From Phoronis australis (lineage: Eukaryota; Animalia; Phoronida), in contig NMRA01000661.1 in NCBI GenBank assembly GCA_002633005.1, positions 155,718-219,717 on the forward strand: DNA of 64,000 nt, in the 5' to 3' direction. The position numbers and the translations under genes were made by a program. How positions within the stretch are numbered: the stretch's first letter is position 1; each line of letters starts with the position of its first letter. Positions 10,222 to 22,700 of the stretch are shown here, piece after piece. Under the pieces are notes generated by a model that saw only the letters and a list, made by a program, of their open reading frames with translations, made no database searches and had not been told where the DNA came from.

Positions 10222-13200
10222 TCCTGGAATGTTCAGTTTTTGACAACGCTAAAATCGATATTGCATACGACAATGGTTGGACATTAACAACGTTACTAAA
10301 CTACCAGGGCACTTCCTGCTAAATATTCTGATAATTGCAATCGCTGCATGAAAACACACGCCAGTTTAGCTATTCACGAAAAATCCACTGCAGTTAACCT
10401 TTTTACAGCAAGAGCAACTTAACGAAAATTAATCAAACTGAATTGACTTGAAACAACAACACAATAATTATAGAAGTTAGTATAAATAAAACAGATCTGG
10501 CTCCTTTACATTATAATTATACAATTACTTTTAATTCTATACAGTTTACACAATATAAACAGCCCCAGGGCGTAATAAAGTACGAAAAACGCAAGCGGGA
10601 TTACTGAAGATCAAACACAAAAATCCGCCAGGATCCATTCAGCAAAGCAAAACGGTCAAAGAAGCTCGAAGGCAGGATTCCGCTGCTGATTACTACAGTG
10701 CGCCACACAGCGACGTGAAGACATTACTTGAATTCCTTTCTTCTTTTGCCCCGAATTTAATGATTCGTCTTCAGGCAAAAGTTTACATTTACAGCCAATA
10801 GAAACAGACCCAAACAAAATACCGGTTGGAATAAGAGGGCAGGAAAAAAGGGAAAAACAAGACAAATTGGTATCAAGCTAATATACAGTTATCAATCAAA
10901 TTACGACTGAAACCAGTGTAGACCTAATGGACAGAAAATTTACTTCAGCTTAGTTCGGTGATAAGTGTTTAATTTTAAAGACATTTTTGACAAGAAAGGA
11001 CATTATACAATTCCTCTTCATACCGCAAAATATATTCGAAGAACTGAGACTTACATGCAGAGCATAAGGTAACAAAGACAGTCCTATCGCACTTGCACTG
11101 TTTATGGTGCATTGAACACGGTTTTAGTAACACGACTATAACCTTGGGACACCCCGATTCACACAATGCCGAGTGACGAAGGCCTTCATTTAATTTTGAA
11201 ACAAGTCACAGAAACCGAGTCACGAAAACGAAGCAACAGTTCTCGTGTTCTATGATTATACTGTGTGGTCGGAATAGGCGTGTTATTTTTTGGTTTAATT
11301 AACGGCTTCACCGACATGCCGAAGCAGTGCTCAATATAGAAAGCATCCAGCAAACTTAAACTTGAGGTAGATGAAATTTGACTAAAAATAAGAACCAGCG
11401 TTTTATAATTCCGAAAGTGGAGCTGTCATTACGGCAAATATTCTGCAGTTTCGAACAACCTCTGATTTAAGGCATAGAAACAAATTAAAACATTTTCCAT
11501 TTAATACACTTTCTTAACAAAAATATTTTCACAATTACAGGCAACAACGTGTCATGTTTTTTATTTAAATTCTACCATCAACACTACTTGTTAAAAAAAT
11601 AATATTTCAGTTTTCCGAAATAGATTCTATCATTCACTTTTGTTTGCACAGCAACTAAGAACCAGCGGACGACAAAGCGTTCACACACCAACACAATAGA
11701 ATGTAATAAAAAAGGTGGCGTGGCTGACGCAAATCAATCGCTAACAGCACTAATGAAAAAATGTATTGTTTTTTTAAATTAAGCAAACGGACATTATGCA
11801 GTCATACGGTGATCAACCAGTCTTCACATGATACTTCAGGGTTATGTTTATTTCAGTAGGTAAGGTAAGTTTAAAGCCTAACTTCAACGGAATTTTGTTA
11901 CTTTAGGTTTATTGGGTTAACCAAGTAGTTATAGCAAAGCCTAGCAAAATCAGAAAACGCGAGTTTAATCGCGCAAGTGTAGGCCCGTCAAAAGATAGGT
12001 GAAGCTGCCTTTTCGTGCCATATTGTGTCACCGTGAACTCCCAGGGCAAACGATAAAAGGCCGATAACAGTTGCATTGAATAGGAGTCTGAATAAAACAC
12101 CATGCACCTGGTGTTAAGGAACTTTTGATTGCAACCACACACAGCTATTAACGCAGTGTCAGTCTTCCTTACTACGACTGGAAATAATTTCCAGATTTGA
12201 GAAGAGCTGAGAGGTCACTTTTGCTTCAGAACTGGTCAATTAAGTTGCTTGCATCATGGCGGGTTGGTTTCAGTGACTAAGGTAGCTATGGCCATACGGG
12301 AATTCTAGGCGATTTATCACAACCAATTTCAATTAAAACAAACCCTAAGAATGCAAAGACATTGCTTTGGAAGGGGAAATGCTGCTGTAAACTAGATGAT
12401 TTTAACACCAGAACATGACTTGTAGAGACAATAAAGCAGTATCCAAGTCACGAGCAATAACAAATTTTCAGTACCTTCCAGAAATCACATCCAGTCTGAA
12501 CACAAACACATCAAGACTTGTGTTGCAGTTATAATTGGTCTACAAAATGACGAATTGTTATGTATAGATGATTTTTTGAACTCCAATAACTTAAGGCATG
12601 CTTTGCGATATAACACAAAATATACCTTGCAACATAACACACAACATGCCTTGCGAAATGACGCAGTATGTCTTGCTGAATGAGGGTTTTTAAGTCTATC
12701 ACATGAAAATTTCCTTGACGTTAGCTTATTCCAAGAGATTTTTAATAGTGCCAAGGTTTTTCGGAGCACGGAGAACATTTTTTTTGTCATTTCCTTAGTT
12801 TTCAGGTTTTCATGAGCGGTAGCACTGAACTGCGGCAACTCCCCTCAGAGATTCTACTAGTATTACAGATCATTAAAATTGAAGTGACTGACGTTTCACC
12901 CCTTAAATCTTGTCCATACACAGCCCACTCTAGAACAACTTGCACTAGGGCAGCATACCCCACTTAGAAGAGCAGCGTTCACATGCACACATATCCAATA
13001 ACTAAGGTAAGGTAAAAGTTGTCGCTCTGTGCGCGACAATGAACACCTAATGCAAATACGGTATCAAGAGAAAACCCGTCTGTAGCGCAGTTGGTAATTA
13101 CTTCTGCCTTGCCCCAAGTTTGCGGCCACACAAGTTTGCAGCACAAGTTACCGTAGAACGAGATATCCCACCTTGACAAGGTGAAGTAAGTTGTCACAAG

Positions 13201-13691
13201 TTCGGTAAGTTGTGTCCACACAGCGCTCAAACCTAGCGACAACTTGATCAAGGAGTACCTTGGTCTAGGGTAAGTCTACATCTGGACGACACTTAAACGG
13301 ACGATGACTCCACTGTTCTGATAAGAGGGAGCATTTTGCAGCAGAATGACCAAACACAACAACGTATTTGTATGAACACTGCATTCCATAACCAGGAAAG
13401 TTCGTGTTAAAAGTAAAACAGCATTGCTAAGATACCAAAACGAATAACTGCGTGAAAGCCCTGCACTTCAACAATGTTACATTACAACTTATAAAAGAAA
13501 GGATGAAATCCTTTATGGGAATGCACCATGTCATCTGACACCACTGAGCACAAGCATGGGATATATTCAGCTGAAAAAACCTTAGTCATGAAAAAACATG
13601 TTATAACAGGTCACCTCATATACAACAAGTAAATAAACGTGACAAATAAATGCGAGGGAATGTAGTGATAGACTGCACGCCAGCGCCGCCT

Positions 13692-13796
13692 TCAGGCTCT
13701 GCTCTCACTGTCCATGGACACCGCGTACTTCTCGCCAGACTCGTCAGGGTTCTTCTTCCAAAACTTAATGCGTTTAGCCACTTCTCTTGGACGGTT
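13692..13796 (-). CDS. PLXDC: PLXDC last coding exon (cytoplasmic tail)
   Basis: TTTTTTCAG| acceptor, then NRPREVAKRIKFWKKNPDESGEKYAVSMDSESRA*. Confidence 0.85.
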   Translation of the reverse strand, partial: NRPREVAKRIKFWKKNPDESGEKYAVSMDSESRA

Positions 13797-16700
13797 CTGA
13801 AAAAAGATGATGCAATAATACCGTATTGGTAGGTGAAACCAGCGAAAGTTCGTGAGATCTCCGGTATGTCTTTTGACTTGTTTGTGATGCACGGGGTACA
13901 CAATTTTCAAAAATGACAAAATGCTGTTGAAGGCACCTATTCTGGGAGAGGTTAAGGTGAGAATTGAGACGGATATCACCCAACCAGCAATGAACAGGAG
14001 AAGGAAGGGGGGAAGGAGAGGAGCATTTGGACCTACTACTCTTGAGCTGACCACAACATTAAAGTTAAGCCCATACTGGAGATGCGTAATCTTGGCTTCT
14101 TGTAGTTAGAGAGTGTCCACAAACAGGCATGCACTCTTAACCACACGGCGCACCACAATGACCAAAAACCAACAAAAATGGGGACAAAGGTGACATCTAG
14201 CAACTGCTATGCCAATTCCGAGACACAGTCAAATCCCTGCCATGACCTGTTCTGGCAAGAGACATCTTTCGCAATAAAACAGTCAGACCTTTACCACTAC
14301 GACACCTCAGCTGGTTTCATGAAACATCACTGACTGCATGCTCTAGTAAGCAGATACAGTAAGTGAACTACTGCTAATTGCACACAGCTTTTAGTGCTCC
14401 ATATCACTAACGTAATACATGCGATTGTTGACTGGCACAGTAAATGACAAGAATCAGAGGACTTCACCAGATATTTTGGACATCGATTTGTTATAAGAAC
14501 AGCACAGCCTTGAAACTTGCAAGATTGGTACTACGGTATATTTGTCAGTACAAAACTAATTCTTAACCCAGAAAAGTCTTCCCCAGTCATTGACAAGGGG
14601 AATTAACACAAGAAATGACAACGTGGCTAAGCTGTTCACAGAATTAACCGTCATGACCCGGAAACAATATTTTGTCCGATTACTTTTGACTTGCGCTGTA
14701 CCAATCTGTAAGGGATGCCCTGTTCAACTAAACCAGGCCATATCTTTTTCACATAGATTTTACTCAATTGCTACTCTTCACGCCTAAAGCCACAACTGTT
14801 AAAAACTCAAGCTCCTGGTTTTAGTTGCCGATGGCCAGTCCCGCTGAATGCCATGCATAAACACAGTCAGAATAATAGTGATCCTATACACAGGGTTATT
14901 TCAACTAGTGAGTGACCTTGACACCTGGTTATAGCTTTCACAACAGAAAATTCAAACTCAACTTGAATTTCAAAATTCATGTACCAAACGTCAATGTCTA
15001 TACTGTGGGGAGTTCGAAATAAACACATCGAACTGGTACGAAAAGCCCAAAATGACCCAATTTGCTTTAGAAATGACTAATCTCCTAATACTTCAAACTT
15101 GTTGCACAGGGTTTTAAACTCGACGCAAGTGATCCAAACTCATCACAGCAAAATTCAAACTTGACGCACAGATGAGACAAAACAAGTTGTCATGGAAAAC
15201 GTATTAACTGCTGTCTAAACCACCCTCACAGGGGGTTAACCTGCTACTGTTACAAATTTCGCGGTTGAATTTAAAAGTTATAACCGCCTTGGTGTGGACA
15301 GGACAAAAAAGTACCAAGCTCCAAAACATCAAACCACAAAACAGTTCATTGTACGCACACAGATCTCACACGTCGGCACATACCCTGATCAGCCATTGGC
15401 CAGAACGGGATTCTGGGTTGCGATAGGCGTACACGATCCAGCCTATGAAGGCCACGATCAACATGAGCAGAACGATGACCCCAAATATGACACCAGTCAC
15501 GACGCCTGCATCTGTTCAGGGAGAGATATAAAGAAGCGTGAAACACATTATAGAGACTCACAATTTTACACTGACTGCTTATTAAATGAATGCAGTACAA
15601 AAACTATTCGTCCCCACAGGTAAAGTACAACGCGACTCAAGTTTCGGAATAGCCATCTTGCAAAAATTAAAATTGGTACCATGAAGCCAATTTTCTGAAC
15701 TATTGCAATTGATTGCCAAACACTATTCGGGTGCACTTGAAATGACTTTTTTCTAATCGAGAGGATAACTTAACTTCGCACAGTACGCAAGTCAATGAAC
15801 TGCTTGCTTACCGGGAATTCCTGTCCCAGAACACCAAGCAAATTACAGACATTTGTATCAACTAACATATCACGGCCTTGGGGGTGGGTGGTTAATCGAT
15901 GACGGGCACTCAAAAATGAAAATTTCACAGGTGGGCAATAGACCCAAGGTGAACGCTAATTCAGACAAATGCCATCTCTGTCCCAAACTGAACTAGTTTT
16001 GTCAAACATTGCGCAGCCTGCTTCTTCCCAGTTACATCATGAAGCAACCGGCTTACAGTCACTCAAAACAACTTTTTCATACTACTATGAACAGATGCCC
16101 TCCAAACTTTTTTTAAAGTCCAGCAAGGAAGAGGGCTATTTACCAACTGTCACAAGCACAACAGAGAAGTGTGCATAGCCTGACATTTATTGACAGTTTC
16201 ATATCACATGCACAATGCAAAAGGCAAGCATAATGCTCTCGCAGTATACCAACCGGCTCATGTCAATACTCTGTAAGCAAAAAACTGAAGATGTGCAAAG
16301 TATACCGTTTCCCAACTGTCTTTCATCAACAAGTACAAAGCTGAAGGTGTGCAAAATATACCATTTGCCGACCGTCTCGTCAACAAACACAAAACTAAAG
16401 GCGTGCAATGTATACCATTTCCCGACCATCGCTCGTCAACAAGTACAAAATTGAGGGTGTGCAAAGCATACAACTATTTATCGACCACCGTTCATCAACA
16501 AGTACAAAACTGAGGGTGTGCAAAATATACCATTTACCCACCATTTCTCACTAACAAACACAAAACTGAAGACGTGCAAAGTATCCCATTTCCCGACCGT
16601 TGCTCGTCAACAAGTACAAAACTGAGGATTTGCTAAGTATACAATTTACTGACCGTCGCTCGCTAACAAGCACAAGGCCGAGGGTATGCATATTATTTTT

Positions 16701-19700
16701 ACGTCAGGATAGTGAAGATTGAATTCTGTAAAGAACTTGAGACGTTTGAAGGGGAGCACACTTTCAGAATCACGTCTTACTAACAGCAGTCGTTACTTTC
16801 TTTTCAGTCACGTGAATTAACAGGCAGACAGACAGGCAGGCAGACAGCTACAAAGGGAGGAACAGACACCATGCTGGTATAAGACGATCACCCTGTTACA
16901 ACACATGCATACTTCCCACCAACATACATATGAAGTGATCACCGTAAGATAGCAGTTCATCTTGGAAAACTCGCACCCTACTATTTCTTAATATTGCCTG
17001 CGCCAAAAATTTTTCCTGTTTGAAAAAAACGTCTCAATCCGACTGTCCGAACAAGAGGCAGCGAAATTTCAAAATTTAGACATCCCATTGATCGACTTAT
17101 GATCCCACTGTGACTCTAGTACAAGTGCACAGACTGGACTTCTGGTTACACAGCGACCCTAAGCACTAAATACAATGGAGTGAGATGCATCAACAGACAG
17201 GGCCAAAAAGTCACCAAGCGCTGGAACACTACAGTTGCCTTACCTAGTCTACATACTGGCATGGTCATGGAATCTAGTTCATGACCATGATTAAACATTG
17301 CATTCAAATGAAGACTTTTGAAACAATGGTCTGCACTTCGTGAACCTTTCAGGAACTTACACACAGCATACACATCTATACAGCACACAACAAACTAAAA
17401 GCAACAGCTGTTCAAAGTCTTGTTAGTTAGTACTAACAAACTGACCCATTGTTCTCTTCCCAAACACAATTGTCTGTGAAATCCCATCTCTAGGCTAAAA
17501 GCAGCCATTGACACGAAAACAAAATGGCCATGTTTTTCACAATGAAATAAAGATCAACCAGTCTTAAAGTGACTTGTATTAAAAGGTATTTAACAAGCAC
17601 AATTTATTTGTCACAGTTTTGTAACAAAACTCAGCTCTTGCGGACTTACATCATATTTAGATAAGATGAAAATTGGAATGTGCAAATGAAAGAGCAGAGA
17701 TTTATGGGTAGTACAATTTCTTTTCACCACCTCTTGACTGTAATGAATAAACCATTTCCCATAACTTCATGCACACAAGATATTGTACTCTAAAAAGTCA
17801 ACTGTGTGTGGAGTGTATTATGTGAATCTGGACCTGTAAACTTTGATACATTATTCTTACAAGACTGTAAACTTTTTATTAACTGGTCTCTATAAACTGC
17901 AAAGATTAAAGCTCTTGACACACAGACAAAACATGTATCACCAGCGTCAGACACACTGTGAATCAAAATGGCCACCATTACCTTTGTTGTTGTTGCCAGA
18001 AAGTGGCACGTCACCTTTCACACGCTGGCCATTGGGAGAGTTCTCTGTTTGAAAGCCAAGCGGAACATAATTACAACAGGCATTAACAAGGGATAGTTTA
18101 CCAGAATAACAATTCATCTCAAATACTTACCAATTGGAGCTGAAATCCCAATCGTTAGAGTAAATGTGTGGCCAATCTGAACAGCAATAGCAAACAACAC
18201 CCTAACAGCAGAGGTGTAAAGTGATTGCGATTGATAAAAAAAAGCTCAGTGGCACTCCAAATAATATACATATCGCAAAGTTGTCATGGTGTCAGCAAAT
18301 AAAATGGGCCAGAAATCCAATGTGCCAGAGGGGAACTACACTTGGCATGTGGCAACTCATAACTGAACGGCGAAATGACTGTAGGCAACTCGGCAACAAA
18401 ACCACAACTTGATGAACCAGCAACAAAACCAAACCGCACGGAATGGAGACATTACAGAAACCCTAACTACACATAGTTACCAATGTCGTTACCATACGGT
18501 ATAAGAAGAGTTAACAATGGCCGAAACATCGAGGTGGATGTCAGAAGTCGACCTTCTACATTAGTAACTGCTTGCATTTGGTGTGTAGACCGAGCTTCCA
18601 CTGTCGACCCAATAGAGGTCCCTTCAGTGCTCTTGGATGACATCGGATGTGAGTCATCATCGCCTGGATCGGTCTGGCTTGACAATATTTTCATGACAGT
18701 GCTGGACATTGTGGAAGACAACCCAACTGATGCATTGTGGTTATGTTTGGGCTCATGAGACCACGGCGTCACCTGACTGATCAACCTTTGTGTGAATTCA
18801 TTCCCAGTAGCTAACCGTGCCACATGTTTGGTAGTTTGGTCACTAACACTCGTACTTCGCTCACTTGCAAGTGACTGGACATAGCCACTAGTGCTTTTAG
18901 GTAAGCTCGTTGACTTGGGACCTAAATAAGGTTTACATTTTGTTCACAACTCATTACCTGAAATGCAGAATTACAAAAAGAAATTCATGTAATCTAGTCA
19001 GAATATCCGATATAACCGAAAATACAAACAAGCAGATCTCTACAGTTTTTGAAGCGGTCCCATACTGAAAGAGAGGCAAACTTAAGCCTTTCACCATAGG
19101 TCAACATGCACTTGCATTATTTTCAACAATGGCAATGACACATCAGTCAATTACCAGACCCAGTAACTAGTTTCTATGCAACACACGGAGGGACGGCTAA
19201 TATGGAAGCTAATGAAATAACCAGTCTCTTAAAATGTGACATTATAGCCAGACCAAAAAGATACCAATTAACAAGAGCAGCACAAGGTGTTGACATGCAG
19301 CAACAACCCATTCCAGAAGTACATTTCTATGGGCACGTAGCTTCAAGTAAGGTACAAGGAAACCAACAACTTTACCGTAAGTCCTACCTGCAGTAGTTAG
19401 AAATGACAGAAAGTGTTGGTGCCTTCCTTGAGACAGGGACACCCAAACAAAGATAAGGGGTGTAAGGTAGTCAAATTGACAGGTGCTAGCTAGCACAGTC
19501 AAATTCCCGCAAGGTATCCCCATTGATTCTCTACCAGAATGGGTTTGATGAGGAATAACGTCCAAATTAAACTAAACTAAATGGACCATTAAGCAGTGCC
19601 ATGGTAGTCCTATCTGTCCAAAAATATACCACTACATGTACACCCTCGTCCTAAACCTTCGATAGGTTTCAACTATAATTTAGAGACATTTTGGAATAAT

Positions 19701-22700
19701 TTGTCAAAAATCAAAATGGCCAATAGGGAATACTACCGGTAATCAAATCCGTCTGCTCCGGGTACATTCCCAACAATACCTTATCGTCAATTTTCCAAGA
19801 TCGCTTTTTGACAATATAATCCTAAAATGCTGTTGGCAAGGAATAACTTGTGAAAAACTTCACTGGCCACTACGAGGCGCTATGGTAGCCAAAACCAGCC
19901 AATCCATCCAAAACTGGACCCTTGACAGTGAACTTCAACATGCATACCCGAGTGAGGTTTTGAAAAACTTATTATTTATTTTTTGACAATAATGGACAGA
20001 TAATGATGTTACAACATATTGTCAAAAACTGAAATGGCCACTATGGAGAAGTAGGGTGGTTGAATCTTTCCAGAAATCTGTTGATGACACATCCCCACCT
20101 TAGTTCAGAACCTCTGTGTCAGGTTGACATCCGTCTTCAGGATCTCCAAATATCATTCAGAAAATTGATACTTTTGACAAGGATAATAATCTTGTAGAAA
20201 GCTAAAATGTCCACTAGAGGGTGCTAGGGTAGTCAAATCAGTCTGCAGATTGCATGGTGCTGGTGCATTCTTATATACACCCATGTATCAAGTTTCGCTA
20301 ATACCTGTTGAATCATTTCGATACTAAAATCTCGTCAAGACCAAAGTGCTGCAGCAGACAAAACCAGTCTGAAAATTAACTGGTGCTGGCGGATTGCTGT
20401 CACATACCATTGCATCAAATTTCATTCAAATCTTCCAATCAGTTCTCTAGATATACCATCCGGAAACACTCTCTCTCAAAAACATTGACAAGCCCCACCC
20501 CTCAGGGCCAGTAAACAGAGGAACTGAAAAGTGGATTGTACCATTCTAGCCATGCCCTACATCTGTGTGCCAAGTTTTATCATAATTCAACCAGTACCAG
20601 TGCTTTCCGAGATATTGAGCGAACATCCTCACAGGATGACGACAGTATGCAGCCCAAAATTATGATGAACAAGAGGGTCCAACAAAGGCTAAACTGCTAA
20701 CACAATCAGGAACTCGGCACAAAACAGCGATGCGAAATGTTATTGAAGGAATGCCAGAGAGATTTTCAACTAACCATAACAATTAAAGCAAGTACATGAA
20801 AGACGGAGGAGTCAAAATGTCACCATGTGCAGACAAAAGCAATACTGATACTGAAAAATGGTCTTAACATTTCAATGGGTTCTGGCATTGTTGTAAATGT
20901 CCACAATTTCTCGAAATATTGTCCGACATGGAAGGGGTTCCACTCAACAAAAAATTCCCCTCTCAGAGGACACAGGCACCTTTTTCCACTCAGGTGATCG
21001 CGGGTCATGTATCCGAGGCGGGTCTGAGCTGGCCTTCCAAAACGAGAGAAATAAGCTCAGTATATACATGTAAGATGAGTAGACTTGTGGGCTTATACGC
21101 CAGAAAGCAAATAGTTAGGGTTGTGCTGAAAAAAACCCGACAGATACGCTAATTATTAATTCAGTGGCCAGAAACACTTAAACTATATCAAAAGATTAAA
21201 GAAAAACATATAAGTTAGCTGTAAGTCACACAGGTTAAATAAATCTGACTACTTTTCTAAACCACACAATTACTGAACAAACTGATCGACAGCAATCACC
21301 CGCTACGGCATTTCCTAAAAATTTCAAATAAAAACATACGCAACTGAAATTATTAAAATATTCCATTGTGATCGGCCACATAACTTCTGCATCCTCCAGT
21401 TCAGCTAATTTTAATAAATCTTTGAAGTGAGTTAAGCACAATTTTAATTTAAGGTTAAATTATAAAAATTTTGAAAATTATTTTGGTCTTGGCCTACTAC
21501 AAATCTGCCGTGTCATCGGATCAATATAGTCTTTCCATTAAAGCTGTCGTAAGAGAGGCAACTCATGCAAAATATAAAATTTGCTTAAAGGTACAGAAAC
21601 GCCACTTCTAATTATATTAATGACTTAAAAATCCTTTTGAAAAGGGATAAATCTTGTTGCACAGTGTCATTTTCACGACGTAACGGCTTTAATTATATTT
21701 CAAGATTGACCGATTTTCTAAGAGTCAGGAAATGTTTTTTTCCAGACTTCAAGTGACTCAAATAGTAAGCATTTTGACTTGTGCGCAAAATTTAAATTGA
21801 TGCCCATAAGAACACGCAATCTGACCTTTTCAAATGCTCGCCCATTTCACAATCAGCATTACTCAGATGCGTTTCCCTAGATGGTGATTATGTTAGGATT
21901 GGGAAATGAACCTATTTAATCAGAATTTTCTTCTTAAATAAACACAAATTTGTAGTTTCACACCTACCTTCTACACTTGGGTTTACTTAACACCTAGCAT
22001 GACGTCATTGTGACACTTGATGTTGCGAGCTATCATTTCACGCCACGATAACAAAAAACCAATGCAAATTAAATAATGTAATATCAGAAATAAAAAATAT
22101 CAAAATTGATATAAACAAGTCAATGCTGCAAAACAATGATTTTGTTACATTTATTTTAGCAAATCCTGACCAATCCCTTAACAAAACGAGCCAAAATCCA
22201 GTTACATAGTACATAGCCTAGTTGACCTGACCACCACTCTAAAGAATTACCAAACAATACTCATCCAGTTCAAGGCTCATGTTCTGCTTAACACCAAATT
22301 CTTAAATTGCAAATTTACACGTTTAACACCAATGCCTACTGTATACAAACAATGCTCCATCGAAGGAGTCCTGTTTCGCATGAATCTTAGCTTCCAAAAC
22401 GTACCCCACTTGCTTATTAACAGAAATTCCACCCGAATCCTGACTGGTGCAAGACTGCAAAGTCAATACAGCTGCCAGAGCGTTAACCCCATTGGCCATT
22501 CGTTTTCAAACACCAATACTCAATTAAATGCCCACCTCCTGACTTCTGAGTATAATAACGGCTTTAATCTGGATGAGTACTGTAGTCCATGCCTACCACC
22601 ACCTTACAGTTGCATCCGTTACCCGACAACGCTACAAGATCTAGCTAACATCAAGTAGGGTCAAATGAATCAACTGAAGGGTCTACGCATTGTGAATACG

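Noticed and set aside
16270-16690. Regularly spaced repeats resembling a CRISPR array
   Set aside because: Whole 56-bp units repeat with no unique spacers, no cas genes, and the location is a eukaryotic intron.
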